A DNA stretch of 64,000 nt from an uncultured Actinomycetes bacterium (GCA_963708265.1 CAVPSC010000003.1:22857-86856), one strand, 5' to 3'. Positions 50,788 to 59,577 are shown, counted from the stretch's first letter. Translations and numbers: made by a program. The notes: a model not told the origin generated them from the letters alone.

Positions 50788-52590
50788 CTACGAGCCGTAC
50801 AGCTGATCGACCTCGGCCCGGAAGTGCTCGACGCACGTGCGTCGGCGGAGCTTCAGCGTCGGTGTCAGCTCCCCCTCGTCCATCGTGAAGTCACGCGTGA
50901 GGAGCACGAATCGCTTCACCTGCTCGAAGCGCGAGCGCGGCTCGTTGACGTCGTCGACGATTCCCTGCACGAGCCCCACGACCTGTGGGTCGTGGACGAG
51001 CGTCGGCAGGTCGCCCGCGATGCCGCGCTCGGAGGCCCAGCGCTCGATCTCCGCCGCGTCGAGCGTGATCAGGGCGGCGACGTAGGGCCTGCGGTCCCCC
51101 ACGACGAGCGCCTGGGAGACGTATTTCGACGCCTTGAGGTGGTTCTCGATGTTCTGCGGGGCGACGTTCTTCCCGCCCGCGGTGACGATGATGTCCTTCT
51201 TGCGGTCGGTGATCGTGAGGAACCCGTCCTCGTCGATCGACCCGACGTCTCCCGACTTCAGCCAGCCGTCCTCGGTGAAGGTCGCGGCCGTCGCCTCGGG
51301 GTCCTTGAAGTAGCCCTGGAACACCGTCTCGCCCCGGATGAGGATCTCGCCGTCCGCGGCGATCCGGATCTCGGCGCTCGGCAGGACGGTGCCGACGGTG
51401 CCGAACCGGTTGAGGTCGGGGCGGTTCGTCGTGCACGCGGTCGTGCACTCGGTGAGCCCGTACCCCTCGAGCAGGCGTATGCCGACTCCGTCGAAGAAGT
51501 CGGCGACCTCCCGTGAGAGCGGCGCGCCCCCGGAGATGGGCGTCCGTAGCCGTCCGCCGAGCCGTGCCCGGACCTTCGCGAACACGAGGCGGTCGGCGAT
51601 CGCGTGGCGGACCGCGAGCCTGCGCGGCATCGGCTTTCCCTCGGCCCGGAGGCGAGCGGCCTCGCGCCCGACCGACAGCGACCAGGCGACGAGCTTCCTG
51701 CGCACGCCCGTCTCCTCGTCGAAACGGGCGACGACGGCGGAATGGATCTTCTCGTACACGCGCGGGACACTCGGCAGGACGGTCGGGCGCACCTGGACGA
51801 GTGCATCCGCGACCCGCAGCGGGTCGGAGAGAAGGGCGATCGTGAACCCCGCGCGAGCGCCCTCCAGCATCATCAGCTTGCCGAAGTTGTGGGCGAGCGG
51901 CAGGTAGAGAAGCATCACGTCGTCGTCGTGGAGGAAGCTGTCCATCGAGTCGACGGTGGTCGCCATCGCGTAGTAGTTGCCGTGGCTGATCATGCAGCCC
52001 TTCGGCGGTCCGGTCGTCCCGGACGTGTAGATGATCGTGTACAGGTCGTGCTCGCCGAGCGCAGCGACCGCCTCGTCGAGGGCGCGCGGACTGGCCTCGG
52101 CGTGGCGCCGCCCGACGGCCGCGAGCTCGTCCAGACCCTGGAAGGTGAGGATCTCGCGCAGTGCCGGCACCTCGGTCGCGAACTCGTCGACCTTCGCACG
52201 CTGCTCGGCGTTCTCGCACACGATCCCGACCGCGTCCGAGTGGCCGAGGAGGTAGGCGACGTCGTGAGTCGAGTTCGACGCGTAGATCGGGATGACGACC
52301 GCGCCGATCTGGGCGAGCGCGAAGTCGACGAGCACCCAGTCGAGGCTCGTCTGCGCCAGGATCGCAACCGCATCGCCCTTCCCGATCCCACGCGCCAGGA
52401 AGCCATTCGCGTACTCGCGGATGCGCGCGTCGGCGGCCGCCCACGAGACCTCGCGCCAGCTCCCTTCGGACTCGACGAGGTAGGCCGGATTCGACCATCT
52501 CGCTGCGGCTCCGTCGCGCCAGAGCCGGGCGATCGTCCGCTCGTCGTGCGACGCGCCCGTCGTGGGAGCCGCCGTCGTCGTCTCGGTCAT
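50788..52590 (-). CDS. Long-chain acyl-CoA synthetase (AMP-forming, FadD15-like)
   Basis: In-frame ATG 52590 of track ORF 50788..52806; the longer form would overlap ku. AMP motif YTSGTTGPPKG, TGD...DRKKD. Confidence 0.88.
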   Translation of the reverse strand: MTETTTAAPTTGASHDERTIARLWRDGAAARWSNPAYLVESEGSWREVSWAAADARIREYANGFLARGIGKGDAVAILAQTSLDWVLVDFALAQIGAVVIPIYASNSTHDVAYLLGHSDAVGIVCENAEQRAKVDEFATEVPALREILTFQGLDELAAVGRRHAEASPRALDEAVAALGEHDLYTIIYTSGTTGPPKGCMISHGNYYAMATTVDSMDSFLHDDDVMLLYLPLAHNFGKLMMLEGARAGFTIALLSDPLRVADALVQVRPTVLPSVPRVYEKIHSAVVARFDEETGVRRKLVAWSLSVGREAARLRAEGKPMPRRLAVRHAIADRLVFAKVRARLGGRLRTPISGGAPLSREVADFFDGVGIRLLEGYGLTECTTACTTNRPDLNRFGTVGTVLPSAEIRIAADGEILIRGETVFQGYFKDPEATAATFTEDGWLKSGDVGSIDEDGFLTITDRKKDIIVTAGGKNVAPQNIENHLKASKYVSQALVVGDRRPYVAALITLDAAEIERWASERGIAGDLPTLVHDPQVVGLVQGIVDDVNEPRSRFEQVKRFVLLTRDFTMDEGELTPTLKLRRRTCVEHFRAEVDQLYGS

Positions 52591-52666
52591 CGTCGTTTGA
52601 TCGTACTGAGAGGGATTCGCGTGCGAGCGACGAAAACGCCTGGTCCCTCTAGAGTTTCTCTCTGCC

Positions 52667-53527
52667 ATGCGTACGACCTGGAACGGATCACTCAGCTTCG
52701 GCCTCGTCTCCATCCCGGTGGGGCTCGCCCCCGCGACGAAGCCGGCCGCCCGCCAGTCCGACGTCTCCTTCAGGCTCCTCCACCGCGACTGCGCGACGCC
52801 CATCAAGCAGAAGCGCTGGTGCCCGACGCACGACCGCGAGGTGACGCAGGACGAGATCGTCCGCGGCTACGAGGTCTCGAAGGGCCAGTTCGTGATCGTC
52901 GAGGATGCCGATCTCGAGGCGATCGAGCGTCATGACGACTCGCGCTCGATCGAGATCACGCGCTTCGTGCCCGTCGGCGCGGTCGACCCCGTCTACTTCG
53001 ATCGCACCTACTTCCTCGTGCCCGCCTCCGCCGAGGCGCAGCGGCGTCCGTACGTGCTCCTGCTCGAAGCGATGAGGCAGACCGAGACGGCGGCGCTCGG
53101 ACGCTTCGTCCGGTCGGGGCGCGAGAGCCTCTGCCTCGTGCGCGCGAAGGAGGATGCGCTCGCCCTCGAGACGCTGTTCGTCGCCGAGGACGTGTACCCG
53201 CAGGTGGAGATCTCGGAGGCGGTCGCCGACAGCAAGGTCAAGGACAGCGAGCTCGAGTTGGCGCGTCAGATCATCGACAGCCTCGCCGGCGAGTTCGAGC
53301 CGGCGGCGCTCCGAAGCGACTACCGACGGGACCTCAAGGCGCTGCTCGAGGCGAAGCTCGCAGGCGAGGAGATCGCGATGCCGGAGGAAGCCGAGGTCGA
53401 GGCGCCCGTCATCGATCTGATGGCGGCGCTCAAGGCCAGCGTCGCGGCTGCCAAGAAGGGCGGCGAGAAGGAAAAGCCGAAGTCTTCGCCGGCCAAGAGC
53501 GGCTCGCGCGCCCGAGCGCGTTCGTAG
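52667..53527 (+). CDS. ku: Non-homologous end-joining protein Ku
   Basis: 286 aa. WNGSLSFGLVSIPVGLAPATK, Lys-rich C-terminal tail. Confidence 0.92.
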   Translation: MRTTWNGSLSFGLVSIPVGLAPATKPAARQSDVSFRLLHRDCATPIKQKRWCPTHDREVTQDEIVRGYEVSKGQFVIVEDADLEAIERHDDSRSIEITRFVPVGAVDPVYFDRTYFLVPASAEAQRRPYVLLLEAMRQTETAALGRFVRSGRESLCLVRAKEDALALETLFVAEDVYPQVEISEAVADSKVKDSELELARQIIDSLAGEFEPAALRSDYRRDLKALLEAKLAGEEIAMPEEAEVEAPVIDLMAALKASVAAAKKGGEKEKPKSSPAKSGSRARARS

Positions 53528-53573
53528 CCTGCGGGGGCGGCGCCACCCGCGTGTCCCGAGGCTGCGTTTCCCG

Positions 53574-53750
53574 CTACGACCTGGCCGCCGAGCCGGCGGG
53601 CACGACTGCCTCGAGCGACGCCTGGAAGAGCGTCTTGTCGATCTTCCCCTGGTAGATCGGGACGCCCTCCTCGACGCAGATCCGGATGACCTCCTCGCGG
53701 TCGATCCCGACCTCCTTCGCGAGCTCGTCGGGCGTCAGGTGATTTGCCAT
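53574..53750 (-). CDS. Small (58 aa) helix-turn-helix protein, excisionase/MerR-like HTH pattern
   Basis: Below the track cut-off. ATG 53750 preceded by GAGGAGG. MANHLTPDELAKEVGIDREEVIRICVEEGVPIYQGKIDKTLFQASLEAVVPAGSAARS. 55 of 58 codons end in G/C. Confidence 0.7.
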   Translation of the reverse strand: MANHLTPDELAKEVGIDREEVIRICVEEGVPIYQGKIDKTLFQASLEAVVPAGSAARS

Positions 53751-53933
53751 CGACTCCTCCTCAGGGCATGAAAAAGGCCCGCCGGCGCAGAGGGCGCGGG
53801 TCGGGCCGAGGGCTCACTCGCTGCTCGGGGCAGGTCAAGCGACCCGCTGCTCGAGAGCTTCCATCACGTTCTGAGGATACTCGGTTTCGGGTCGGGCGGG
53901 CAATCGCCGCGGGCCGCGCCGCGAACGAGCCGC

Positions 53934-53939
53934 TACCCT
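53934..53939 (+). promoter_or_regulatory. Candidate -10 (TACCCT) for tRNA-Pro
   Basis: TAnnnT in context GCTACCCT, 9 nt upstream of the tRNA 5' end. Confidence 0.3.
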
Positions 53940-53948
53940 GTGCGCGCT

Positions 53949-54022
53949 CGGGGTGTGGCGCAGCCTGGTAGCGCGCTCCGTTCGGGTCGGAGAGGTCCCC
54001 AGTTCGAATCTGGGCACCCCGA
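53949..54022 (+). tRNA. tRNA-Pro (anticodon CGG); no encoded CCA
   Basis: Manual cloverleaf: acceptor CGGGGTG/CACCCCG, D arm GCGC-AGCCTGGTA-GCGC, anticodon arm CTCCG-TTCGGGT-CGGAG, T arm CCCAG-TTCGAAT-CTGGG. Confidence 0.9.
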
Positions 54023-54031
54023 TGGTCCGCA

Positions 54032-54064
54032 GAGAGCGGAATCCGCGGGGCGGATTCCGCTCTC
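54032..54064 (+). terminator. Perfect 14-bp hairpin immediately downstream of tRNA-Pro
   Basis: GAGAGCGGAATCCG-cgggg-CGGATTCCGCTCTC. No U-tract. Confidence 0.5.
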
Positions 54065-54227
54065 GCGAGAACCCCTGAAGCGCGGCAGCCGAGCTGCCGC
54101 GACGGTCGTGCAGAGGTCTCGGGCCACGCGTCAGCGGTTCATCCGCTCTCGCGAGAACCCCTGAACCGCGGCAGCCGAGCTGCCGCGACGGTCGTGCTGA
54201 GGTCACGGGCCACGCGTCAGCGGTTCT
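54056..54227 (+). repeat. Tandem direct repeat, 2 x 86 bp (~96% identical), each unit with a 9-bp hairpin
   Basis: Unit 1 is 54056-54141 and unit 2 is 54142-~54227, with 3-4 mismatches. Internal hairpin CGCGGCAGC-cga-GCTGCCGCG. Confidence 0.85.
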
Positions 54228-54313
54228 ACGGCTTGGAGCGAAGTCGCATGGGTCGGCGCCCTCGAAGGGCTGGGTGCGCCCCGCGTCGGTGTGCTTCGAC
54301 CTATTCTCGTCTC

Positions 54314-54994
54314 GTGCTGCGCGCCGTCCTCTTCGACGTCGACTTCACGCTCTTCCGGCCGGGGCCCGAGCTCGGCCCCGAGGGCTACCGACGCGCGGGG
54401 GAACGGCACGGCCTCGACCTCGACCCGGGGCTCTACGACTCAGCTCGCTCGGGTGCCGTCGTCGACCTCCAGCGGAATCGGGAGCTCGTCCACGACGAGG
54501 AGGTCTGGATTGCGTTCACCGAGCGGATCGTCGTGGGGATGGGCGGCGGCGAGGCGGGTGCGCGCGAATGCGCCACGGAGATGGTGCGGGAGTGGGAGCG
54601 GCACGAGAACTTCTCGCTCTACGAGGACGTGCAGCCGGTGCTCGAGGTGTTGAAGCGACACGGGCTCTCGATCGGTCTCGTGTCCAACGGACAGAGGGAC
54701 CTCGCGGAGTTCGTCGCGCACCATCGGCTGGAGGTGGACACCGTGGTCGGATCGAAGGCCCACGGCCGCATCAAGCCCCATCCGTCGATCTTCACCGCTG
54801 CGCTCGGAGCGCTCGGCGTCGCGGCGGCCGATGCCGTCATGGTCGGGGACTCCTACGAGGACGACATCGAGGGTGCGCGCTCGCTCGGGATGCGCGCGAT
54901 CCTGCTGGACCGCGAGTGCCGTCTCCCGGACGAGCCCGAGCGCATCGACACGCTTCTCGCGCTGCCGGCCGCGCTCGGCCTCGGGGCTGAGTGA
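54314..54994 (+). CDS. HAD-IA family hydrolase
   Basis: In-frame GTG 54314 of track ORF 54194..54994. VLFDVDFTL...VSNG...KPHPSIF...MVGDSYEDDI. Confidence 0.8.
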   Translation: MLRAVLFDVDFTLFRPGPELGPEGYRRAGERHGLDLDPGLYDSARSGAVVDLQRNRELVHDEEVWIAFTERIVVGMGGGEAGARECATEMVREWERHENFSLYEDVQPVLEVLKRHGLSIGLVSNGQRDLAEFVAHHRLEVDTVVGSKAHGRIKPHPSIFTAALGALGVAAADAVMVGDSYEDDIEGARSLGMRAILLDRECRLPDEPERIDTLLALPAALGLGAE

Positions 54995-55012
54995 GGTCGG
55001 TTTTGGACCGGG

Positions 55013-55975
55013 TTAGGCGAGGCCGAGCTCTCGGCGCCAGGCCGCCGTGTGCGCACCGACGGGCACCGGCTCGGGTGCCGTCGCGTCGCCGAACTCGGCG
55101 GCTGCCTCGACGCGGGTCCAGACCGGTCCGACGCAGACGTCCTCCCCGTCGAAGAAGGCGAGCCACTCGGAGAGCGCGCGCTGGCGGAAGACCGCGGCGA
55201 GCGCCGCTGCGAGCGCGTTCTGATCGTCGTCGAACTGGCGCTCGGCGAGCTCCGGGAGACCGACCAGCGTCACGAGTCGCTGGAAGAACTTCGGTTCGAG
55301 GGCGGCGACGGTGAGTCGGCGGCGGTCTGCGGCTTCGTACGTGCGGTAGCAGGCGAGGCCTCCCGTCAGCATCTTCGGCAGGGGATCGCCACCCGTGCGG
55401 TGCGCCACGAGGTCGTGCGATCGGTGCGTCATCGAGATCGTGAGGTTCGCGCCGAGGCCGGTGCGCTCGCGCTCGAGAAGCGCCCCGAGGACGGCGGTCA
55501 CTGCGCCGAGCGCTCCCGCTGCGAGGTCGGCGATCTGGACGGGCGGCCAGTCGGGTGCGGTGTCCTCGAGGACACCGGCCCAGCCGAGGTAGTTGAGGTC
55601 GTGTCCGGCTCGATTGGCGTGGACACCCTCGGTCCCGAAGCCGGAGATGGAGCAGTACACCACGGTGTCCGGCACGTCCTTCACCCCGATGCCGAGGCTC
55701 TCGGCGACGCCCGGGCGGAATCCCTCGAGGACGACGTCGGCTCGCGCGCAGAGTGCGAGCGCCAGCGCGCGTTCCCGCTTCAGATCGCAGGCGACCGATT
55801 CGGTGCCGGCGCGGAGCTTCGCGTCCCAGGACGGCGCGGTGCGGCGCAGCGGATCTCCTTCCGGCGACTCCACGCGGACGATGCGAGCGCCGAGGCGACC
55901 GAACTCCCGGCTTGCGAAGGCACCGGGGAGATACCGCGTGAGGTCGACGACGAGGAGACCGACGAGCGGTTGCAC
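55013..55975 (-). CDS. Family III CoA-transferase (CaiB/BaiF-like)
   Basis: In-frame GTG 55975 of track ORF 55013..56086. LVGLLVVDLTRYLPGAFASREFGRLGARIVRVESPEGDPLR. The start is uncertain. Confidence 0.8.
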   Translation of the reverse strand: MQPLVGLLVVDLTRYLPGAFASREFGRLGARIVRVESPEGDPLRRTAPSWDAKLRAGTESVACDLKRERALALALCARADVVLEGFRPGVAESLGIGVKDVPDTVVYCSISGFGTEGVHANRAGHDLNYLGWAGVLEDTAPDWPPVQIADLAAGALGAVTAVLGALLERERTGLGANLTISMTHRSHDLVAHRTGGDPLPKMLTGGLACYRTYEAADRRRLTVAALEPKFFQRLVTLVGLPELAERQFDDDQNALAAALAAVFRQRALSEWLAFFDGEDVCVGPVWTRVEAAAEFGDATAPEPVPVGAHTAAWRRELGLA

Positions 55976-56004
55976 CGGCGGGCAGCGTAGCTCTATCCTC
56001 GTCG

Positions 56005-56025
56005 GGTTGACTGACCGTTCAATCG
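56005..56025. promoter_or_regulatory. Palindromic operator candidate, copy 1 (GGTTGACTGACCGTTCAATCG)
   Basis: Lies in the CoA-transferase/TetR divergent region. 18/21 identical to copy 2 at 58357-58377. A TATCCT -10-like box lies 5 nt upstream. Confidence 0.55.
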
Positions 56026-56639
56026 CAGCACCCCCACGAGGGGGCGACGACCGAGGCGGCGCCGGCGCCGAGAAGCGGAAGCTCATCCTCGACGCGGCGA
56101 TTCGCGTGTTCGCGGATCATGGTTACCACGGCTCGCGCGTCGGCGACATCGCCGGGGACGCGGGCGTGGCACACGGCCTCCTGTACCACTACTTCGCCTC
56201 GAAGGAGGACGTCCTGCGAACGATCTTCGTCGAGAACTGGGGGCAGCTCATCACGCGTTTCCGCGCGATCGAGGCTGCCGACGAGCCCGCGCCCGAGAAG
56301 CTCGCAGGCATCGCGAAGACCCTGCTCCGCAGCTGGCGGAACGATCCTGCGCTCGTCACCGTCATGGTGCGCGAGGTCGCGAGGAGCCAGCACATTCAAG
56401 ACCAGGTCGACGACGTCGGTGAGGCGTTCGCGATCGTCGAGCGCATCATCGAGGAAGGCCAGGCCACGGGCGCGTTCCGACGGGAACTGGACGCGCGCAT
56501 CGCGAGCTGGATCGTGTACGGAGGGCTGGAGGAGGTCCTCACGGGGTGGGTCCTCGGCCAGTTGCCCGACGCCGAGGAGGACGTGGCCTGCGCAGAGCAG
56601 ACGGCGATCGAGATCGCGCTCGCAGGCCTTTCCGCCTAG
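56007..56639 (+). CDS. TetR/AcrR-family transcriptional regulator
   Basis: Frame of track ORF 55593..56639. KRKLILDAAIRVFADHGYHGSRVGDIAGDAGVAHGLLYHYFASKEDVL. The only upstream in-frame start-like codon is TTG 56007, so the start is uncertain. Confidence 0.8.
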   Translation: MTDRSIAAPPRGGDDRGGAGAEKRKLILDAAIRVFADHGYHGSRVGDIAGDAGVAHGLLYHYFASKEDVLRTIFVENWGQLITRFRAIEAADEPAPEKLAGIAKTLLRSWRNDPALVTVMVREVARSQHIQDQVDDVGEAFAIVERIIEEGQATGAFRRELDARIASWIVYGGLEEVLTGWVLGQLPDAEEDVACAEQTAIEIALAGLSA

Positions 56640-56651
56640 GCTTGCCGCTCA

Positions 56652-57116
56652 GTGGACGTGTTCAACCTCAACGGCGACGACTGGGATCGCGTCGAGGAGC
56701 GACCGGGGTGGCGGAGCAAGGACGCCTGGGTGGGGGCGCGCATCGGCGCCGAACTGATCGGCGCCAGCATGTACGAGCTCGAGGCGGGCGACCGGCTGTG
56801 GCCGTACCACGCGCACCATGCGAACGAGGAGTGGCTCGTGGTGCTCCGTGGCTCGCCGACGCTTCGTACCAGAGACGGAGAGCGCGAGCTGGTCGAGGGC
56901 GACGTCGTGTGCTTCCCTCGCGGCAAGGGCGGAGCCCATCAGGTTCGAAACGCGACGGACGCGCCGATCCGAGTCCTCATGCTGTCGACGCTCGTCGCTC
57001 CCGACATCGTCGAGTACTTGGACAGCGGGAAGGTCGGCGCACGGGGAGCCGACGGGAAGCGGTTGCTGTTGGGCCGCCCGGGGCCGATGCTCGACTACTG
57101 GGACGGCGAGGACTAG
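56652..57116 (+). CDS. Cupin-domain protein
   Basis: 154 aa, GTG start. GASMYELEAGDRLWPYHAHHANEEWLVVLRGSPTLR...GDVVCFPRGKGGAHQVRN. Confidence 0.75.
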   Translation: MDVFNLNGDDWDRVEERPGWRSKDAWVGARIGAELIGASMYELEAGDRLWPYHAHHANEEWLVVLRGSPTLRTRDGERELVEGDVVCFPRGKGGAHQVRNATDAPIRVLMLSTLVAPDIVEYLDSGKVGARGADGKRLLLGRPGPMLDYWDGED

Positions 57117-58303
57117 CGGAAGGCGTTCTCGCCCGTCAGCGCCTCGCCGACGACGAGGGTGTGTACCTCGTGCGTCCCCTCGTACGTAAGCACGGACTCG
57201 AGGTTGTTGACGTGCCGAATCACGGGGTACTCGAGCGTGACACCGTTCGCGCCGAGGATCGTCCGCGCGCTTCGGGCGACCTCGAGCGCTCCGCGGACGT
57301 TCCCCATCTTGCCGAGGCTCACCTGCTCCGGCCGGAGCGTTCCCGCGTCCTTCAGCCGTCCGAGGTGGAGGGCGACGAGCGAGGCACGATTCAACTCTAG
57401 GGCCATCTCCGCGAGCTTCTCCTGCGTGAGCTGGTAGCCGGCCACCGGCTTGCCGAACACGATCCGCTCCTTGGCGTACTCGAGCGCCGACTCGAAGCAC
57501 GCGCGCCCGGCGCCGACCGCCCCCCAGACGATTCCGAAGCGCGCCTCGTTGAGGCACGAGAGCGGCCCGCGCAGCGTCGTCGCGTTCGGAAGGACGTTGT
57601 CGTCCGGAACGCGCACGTCCTGCAGCACGAGCTCGGAGGTGACGGAGGCGCGCAGCGAGAGCTTCTTGTGGATCTCGGGAGCCGAGAAGCCTGGAAAGTC
57701 CTTCTCGACGATGAAGCCCCGGATCGCGCCCTCGTCGGTGCGGGCCCAGACGATCGCGATGTCGGCGATCGTGCCGTTGGTGATCCACATCTTCGCGCCG
57801 TTCAGGATCCAGTCCGAGCCGTCGCGGCGCGCGTGTGTCCGCATCGCGCCCGGGTCGGAGCCGGCATCGGGCTCGGTCAGGCCGAAGCAGCCGATCACGT
57901 CTCCCGCGTGCATCGGCGGCAGCCACTGTTCCTTCTGCTCCTCGGAGCCCCAGCGCCAGATCGGGAACATCGCGAGCGACCCCTGGACCGAGACGGCGCT
58001 GCGGACGCCGGCGTCGCCGGCCTCCAGCTCCATGCACGTGAGCCCGTATGCCACCGCGCTCGCTCCGGGAAGCCCGTATCCGTCGAGGTGCATTCCGAGC
58101 AGTCCGAGCTTGGCGAGCTCCCGGATCAGGTCCTTCGGGAAGTAGCCGCGCTCGAACCAGTCGCCGACGTCCGGGAGTACCTGCTCTCGCACGAACTGTC
58201 GCACGGTGTCCCGCAGCGCGCGCTCCTCGTCGTCCAGCAGCCGGTCGACCCCGAGGAAGTCGTGGGGGTCGAGGGCGGGGAGCTCGGTGGTCGTCGTTGC
58301 CAT
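57113..58303 (-). CDS. Acyl-CoA dehydrogenase, glutaryl-CoA dehydrogenase-like
   Basis: In-frame ATG 58303 of track ORF 57113..58345. N-terminal DPHDFLGVDRLLDDEERALRD and FGLTEPDAGSDPGAM...WITNG resemble GcdH. Confidence 0.8.
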   Translation of the reverse strand: MATTTTELPALDPHDFLGVDRLLDDEERALRDTVRQFVREQVLPDVGDWFERGYFPKDLIRELAKLGLLGMHLDGYGLPGASAVAYGLTCMELEAGDAGVRSAVSVQGSLAMFPIWRWGSEEQKEQWLPPMHAGDVIGCFGLTEPDAGSDPGAMRTHARRDGSDWILNGAKMWITNGTIADIAIVWARTDEGAIRGFIVEKDFPGFSAPEIHKKLSLRASVTSELVLQDVRVPDDNVLPNATTLRGPLSCLNEARFGIVWGAVGAGRACFESALEYAKERIVFGKPVAGYQLTQEKLAEMALELNRASLVALHLGRLKDAGTLRPEQVSLGKMGNVRGALEVARSARTILGANGVTLEYPVIRHVNNLESVLTYEGTHEVHTLVVGEALTGENAFR

Positions 58304-58356
58304 CAGCCCACATCCTACGGTGAGGCTTGACCGGCTCGACCGCATCGTTCTACACT

Positions 58357-58377
58357 GGTTGACTGACTAGTCAATCG
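58357..58377. promoter_or_regulatory. Palindromic operator candidate, copy 2 (GGTTGACTGACTAGTCAATCG)
   Basis: Lies between divergent acyl-CoA dehydrogenase genes. Inverted half-sites TTGACT/AGTCAA. A TACACT -10-like box abuts it. The downstream GTG is 13 nt beyond the motif. Confidence 0.55.
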
Positions 58378-58389
58378 AAAGGACGAGCC

Positions 58390-59577
58390 GTGACCGCGAC
58401 CGAGACCAGCGTCGCCTCCGGCGTGTCTTTCGCGCTCACACCGGAGCAGAGCGAGCTCCGTGCTCTGGCGCGTGAGTTCGCCGAGAAGGAGATCCGACCG
58501 AAAGCAGCCGGGTACGACGAGCACGCGACCCACCCCGCGGACGTCATCGCGCAGGCGCACGAGCTCGGCCTCATGAATCTCCACGTTCCCGAGTCGCTCG
58601 GTGGCCTTGGGCTGCCGGCCTTCGACGGCATGCTCGTCGCCGAGGAGTTGTACTGGGGCTGCTCGGGCATCGCCACCTCGATCGGCGCGAACGGCCTCGG
58701 CGCGGCCCCCGTGGTCATCGCCGGGAGCGACGAGCAGAAGAAGACGTGGCTGACGCCGCTCCTCGACGAGCCGATCCTGTGCTCGTTCGGGCTTTCCGAG
58801 CCCGACGCAGGCTCCGACGTGGCGCGCATGAAGACGACGGCCGAGCGCCGCGGCGACGAATACGTCCTCGACGGCTCGAAGACCTTCATCACGAACGCCG
58901 GCCAGGCGTCATGGAGTGTCGTGTTCGCGAAGACGGACCCGAGCGCGGGGCATCGGGGGATCTCGGCATTCATCGTCCCGCTGGACACGCCCGGCGTCCA
59001 GATCGAGAAGCACCTGGACAAGATGGGCCAGCGCGCCACCGACACCTCGGCGTTCGCCCTGGCGGACGTCGTCGTCCCGGCCGAGAACCGCATCGGCGAG
59101 GAGGGAGAGGGTTTCAAGATCGCCATGAAGACACTCGACTTCACGCGGCCGGGAACTGCCGCAGGTGCAGTCGGCGTCGCGCAGGCCGCCTACGAGCACG
59201 CCGTCGCGTACGCGAAGACGCGGGTCACGTTCGACCTCCCGATCGCCATGCACCAGGGCGTCAACTTCCTCATCGCGGACATGGCGGCGGAGATCGAGGC
59301 GGCGCGGCTCCTCACGTGGCAGGCCGCGTGGATGCTCGACTCCGGATACGGTCGCCGGGCGACTCTCTATTCGTCCTTCGCGAAGCGGTTCTCGGCCGAC
59401 ATGGCGATGAAGGTGACGACGGACGCAGTTCAGATCTTCGGCGGCTACGGGTACATCAAGGAGTACCCGGTGGAGAAGCTGATGCGCGACGCGAAGCTCT
59501 TCCAGATCTACGAGGGCACGTCGCAGATCCAGCGACTCGTGATCGCGAAGGAGATCTTCCTTCCGAGCGACGACTGA
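58390..59577 (+). CDS. Acyl-CoA dehydrogenase (short/medium-chain type)
   Basis: 395 aa, GTG start. FGLSEPDAGSDVARM...FITNAG...QIFGGYGYIKEYPVEKLMRDAKLFQIYEGTSQIQ. Confidence 0.9.
   Translation: MTATETSVASGVSFALTPEQSELRALAREFAEKEIRPKAAGYDEHATHPADVIAQAHELGLMNLHVPESLGGLGLPAFDGMLVAEELYWGCSGIATSIGANGLGAAPVVIAGSDEQKKTWLTPLLDEPILCSFGLSEPDAGSDVARMKTTAERRGDEYVLDGSKTFITNAGQASWSVVFAKTDPSAGHRGISAFIVPLDTPGVQIEKHLDKMGQRATDTSAFALADVVVPAENRIGEEGEGFKIAMKTLDFTRPGTAAGAVGVAQAAYEHAVAYAKTRVTFDLPIAMHQGVNFLIADMAAEIEAARLLTWQAAWMLDSGYGRRATLYSSFAKRFSADMAMKVTTDAVQIFGGYGYIKEYPVEKLMRDAKLFQIYEGTSQIQRLVIAKEIFLPSDD

Noticed and set aside
53744-54206. Track ORFs 53744-53971 (+), 53940-54164 (+), 53835-54206 (-) and 53933-54127 (-).
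   Set aside because: They overlap the tRNA-Pro gene and the non-coding tandem repeat. The repeated peptide (…ATRQRF…) simply reflects the DNA duplication.
54056-54227. Possible CRISPR array downstream of tRNA-Pro.
   Set aside because: There are only two directly abutting 86-bp units with no spacers, and no cas genes. It is a tandem duplication, not a CRISPR array.
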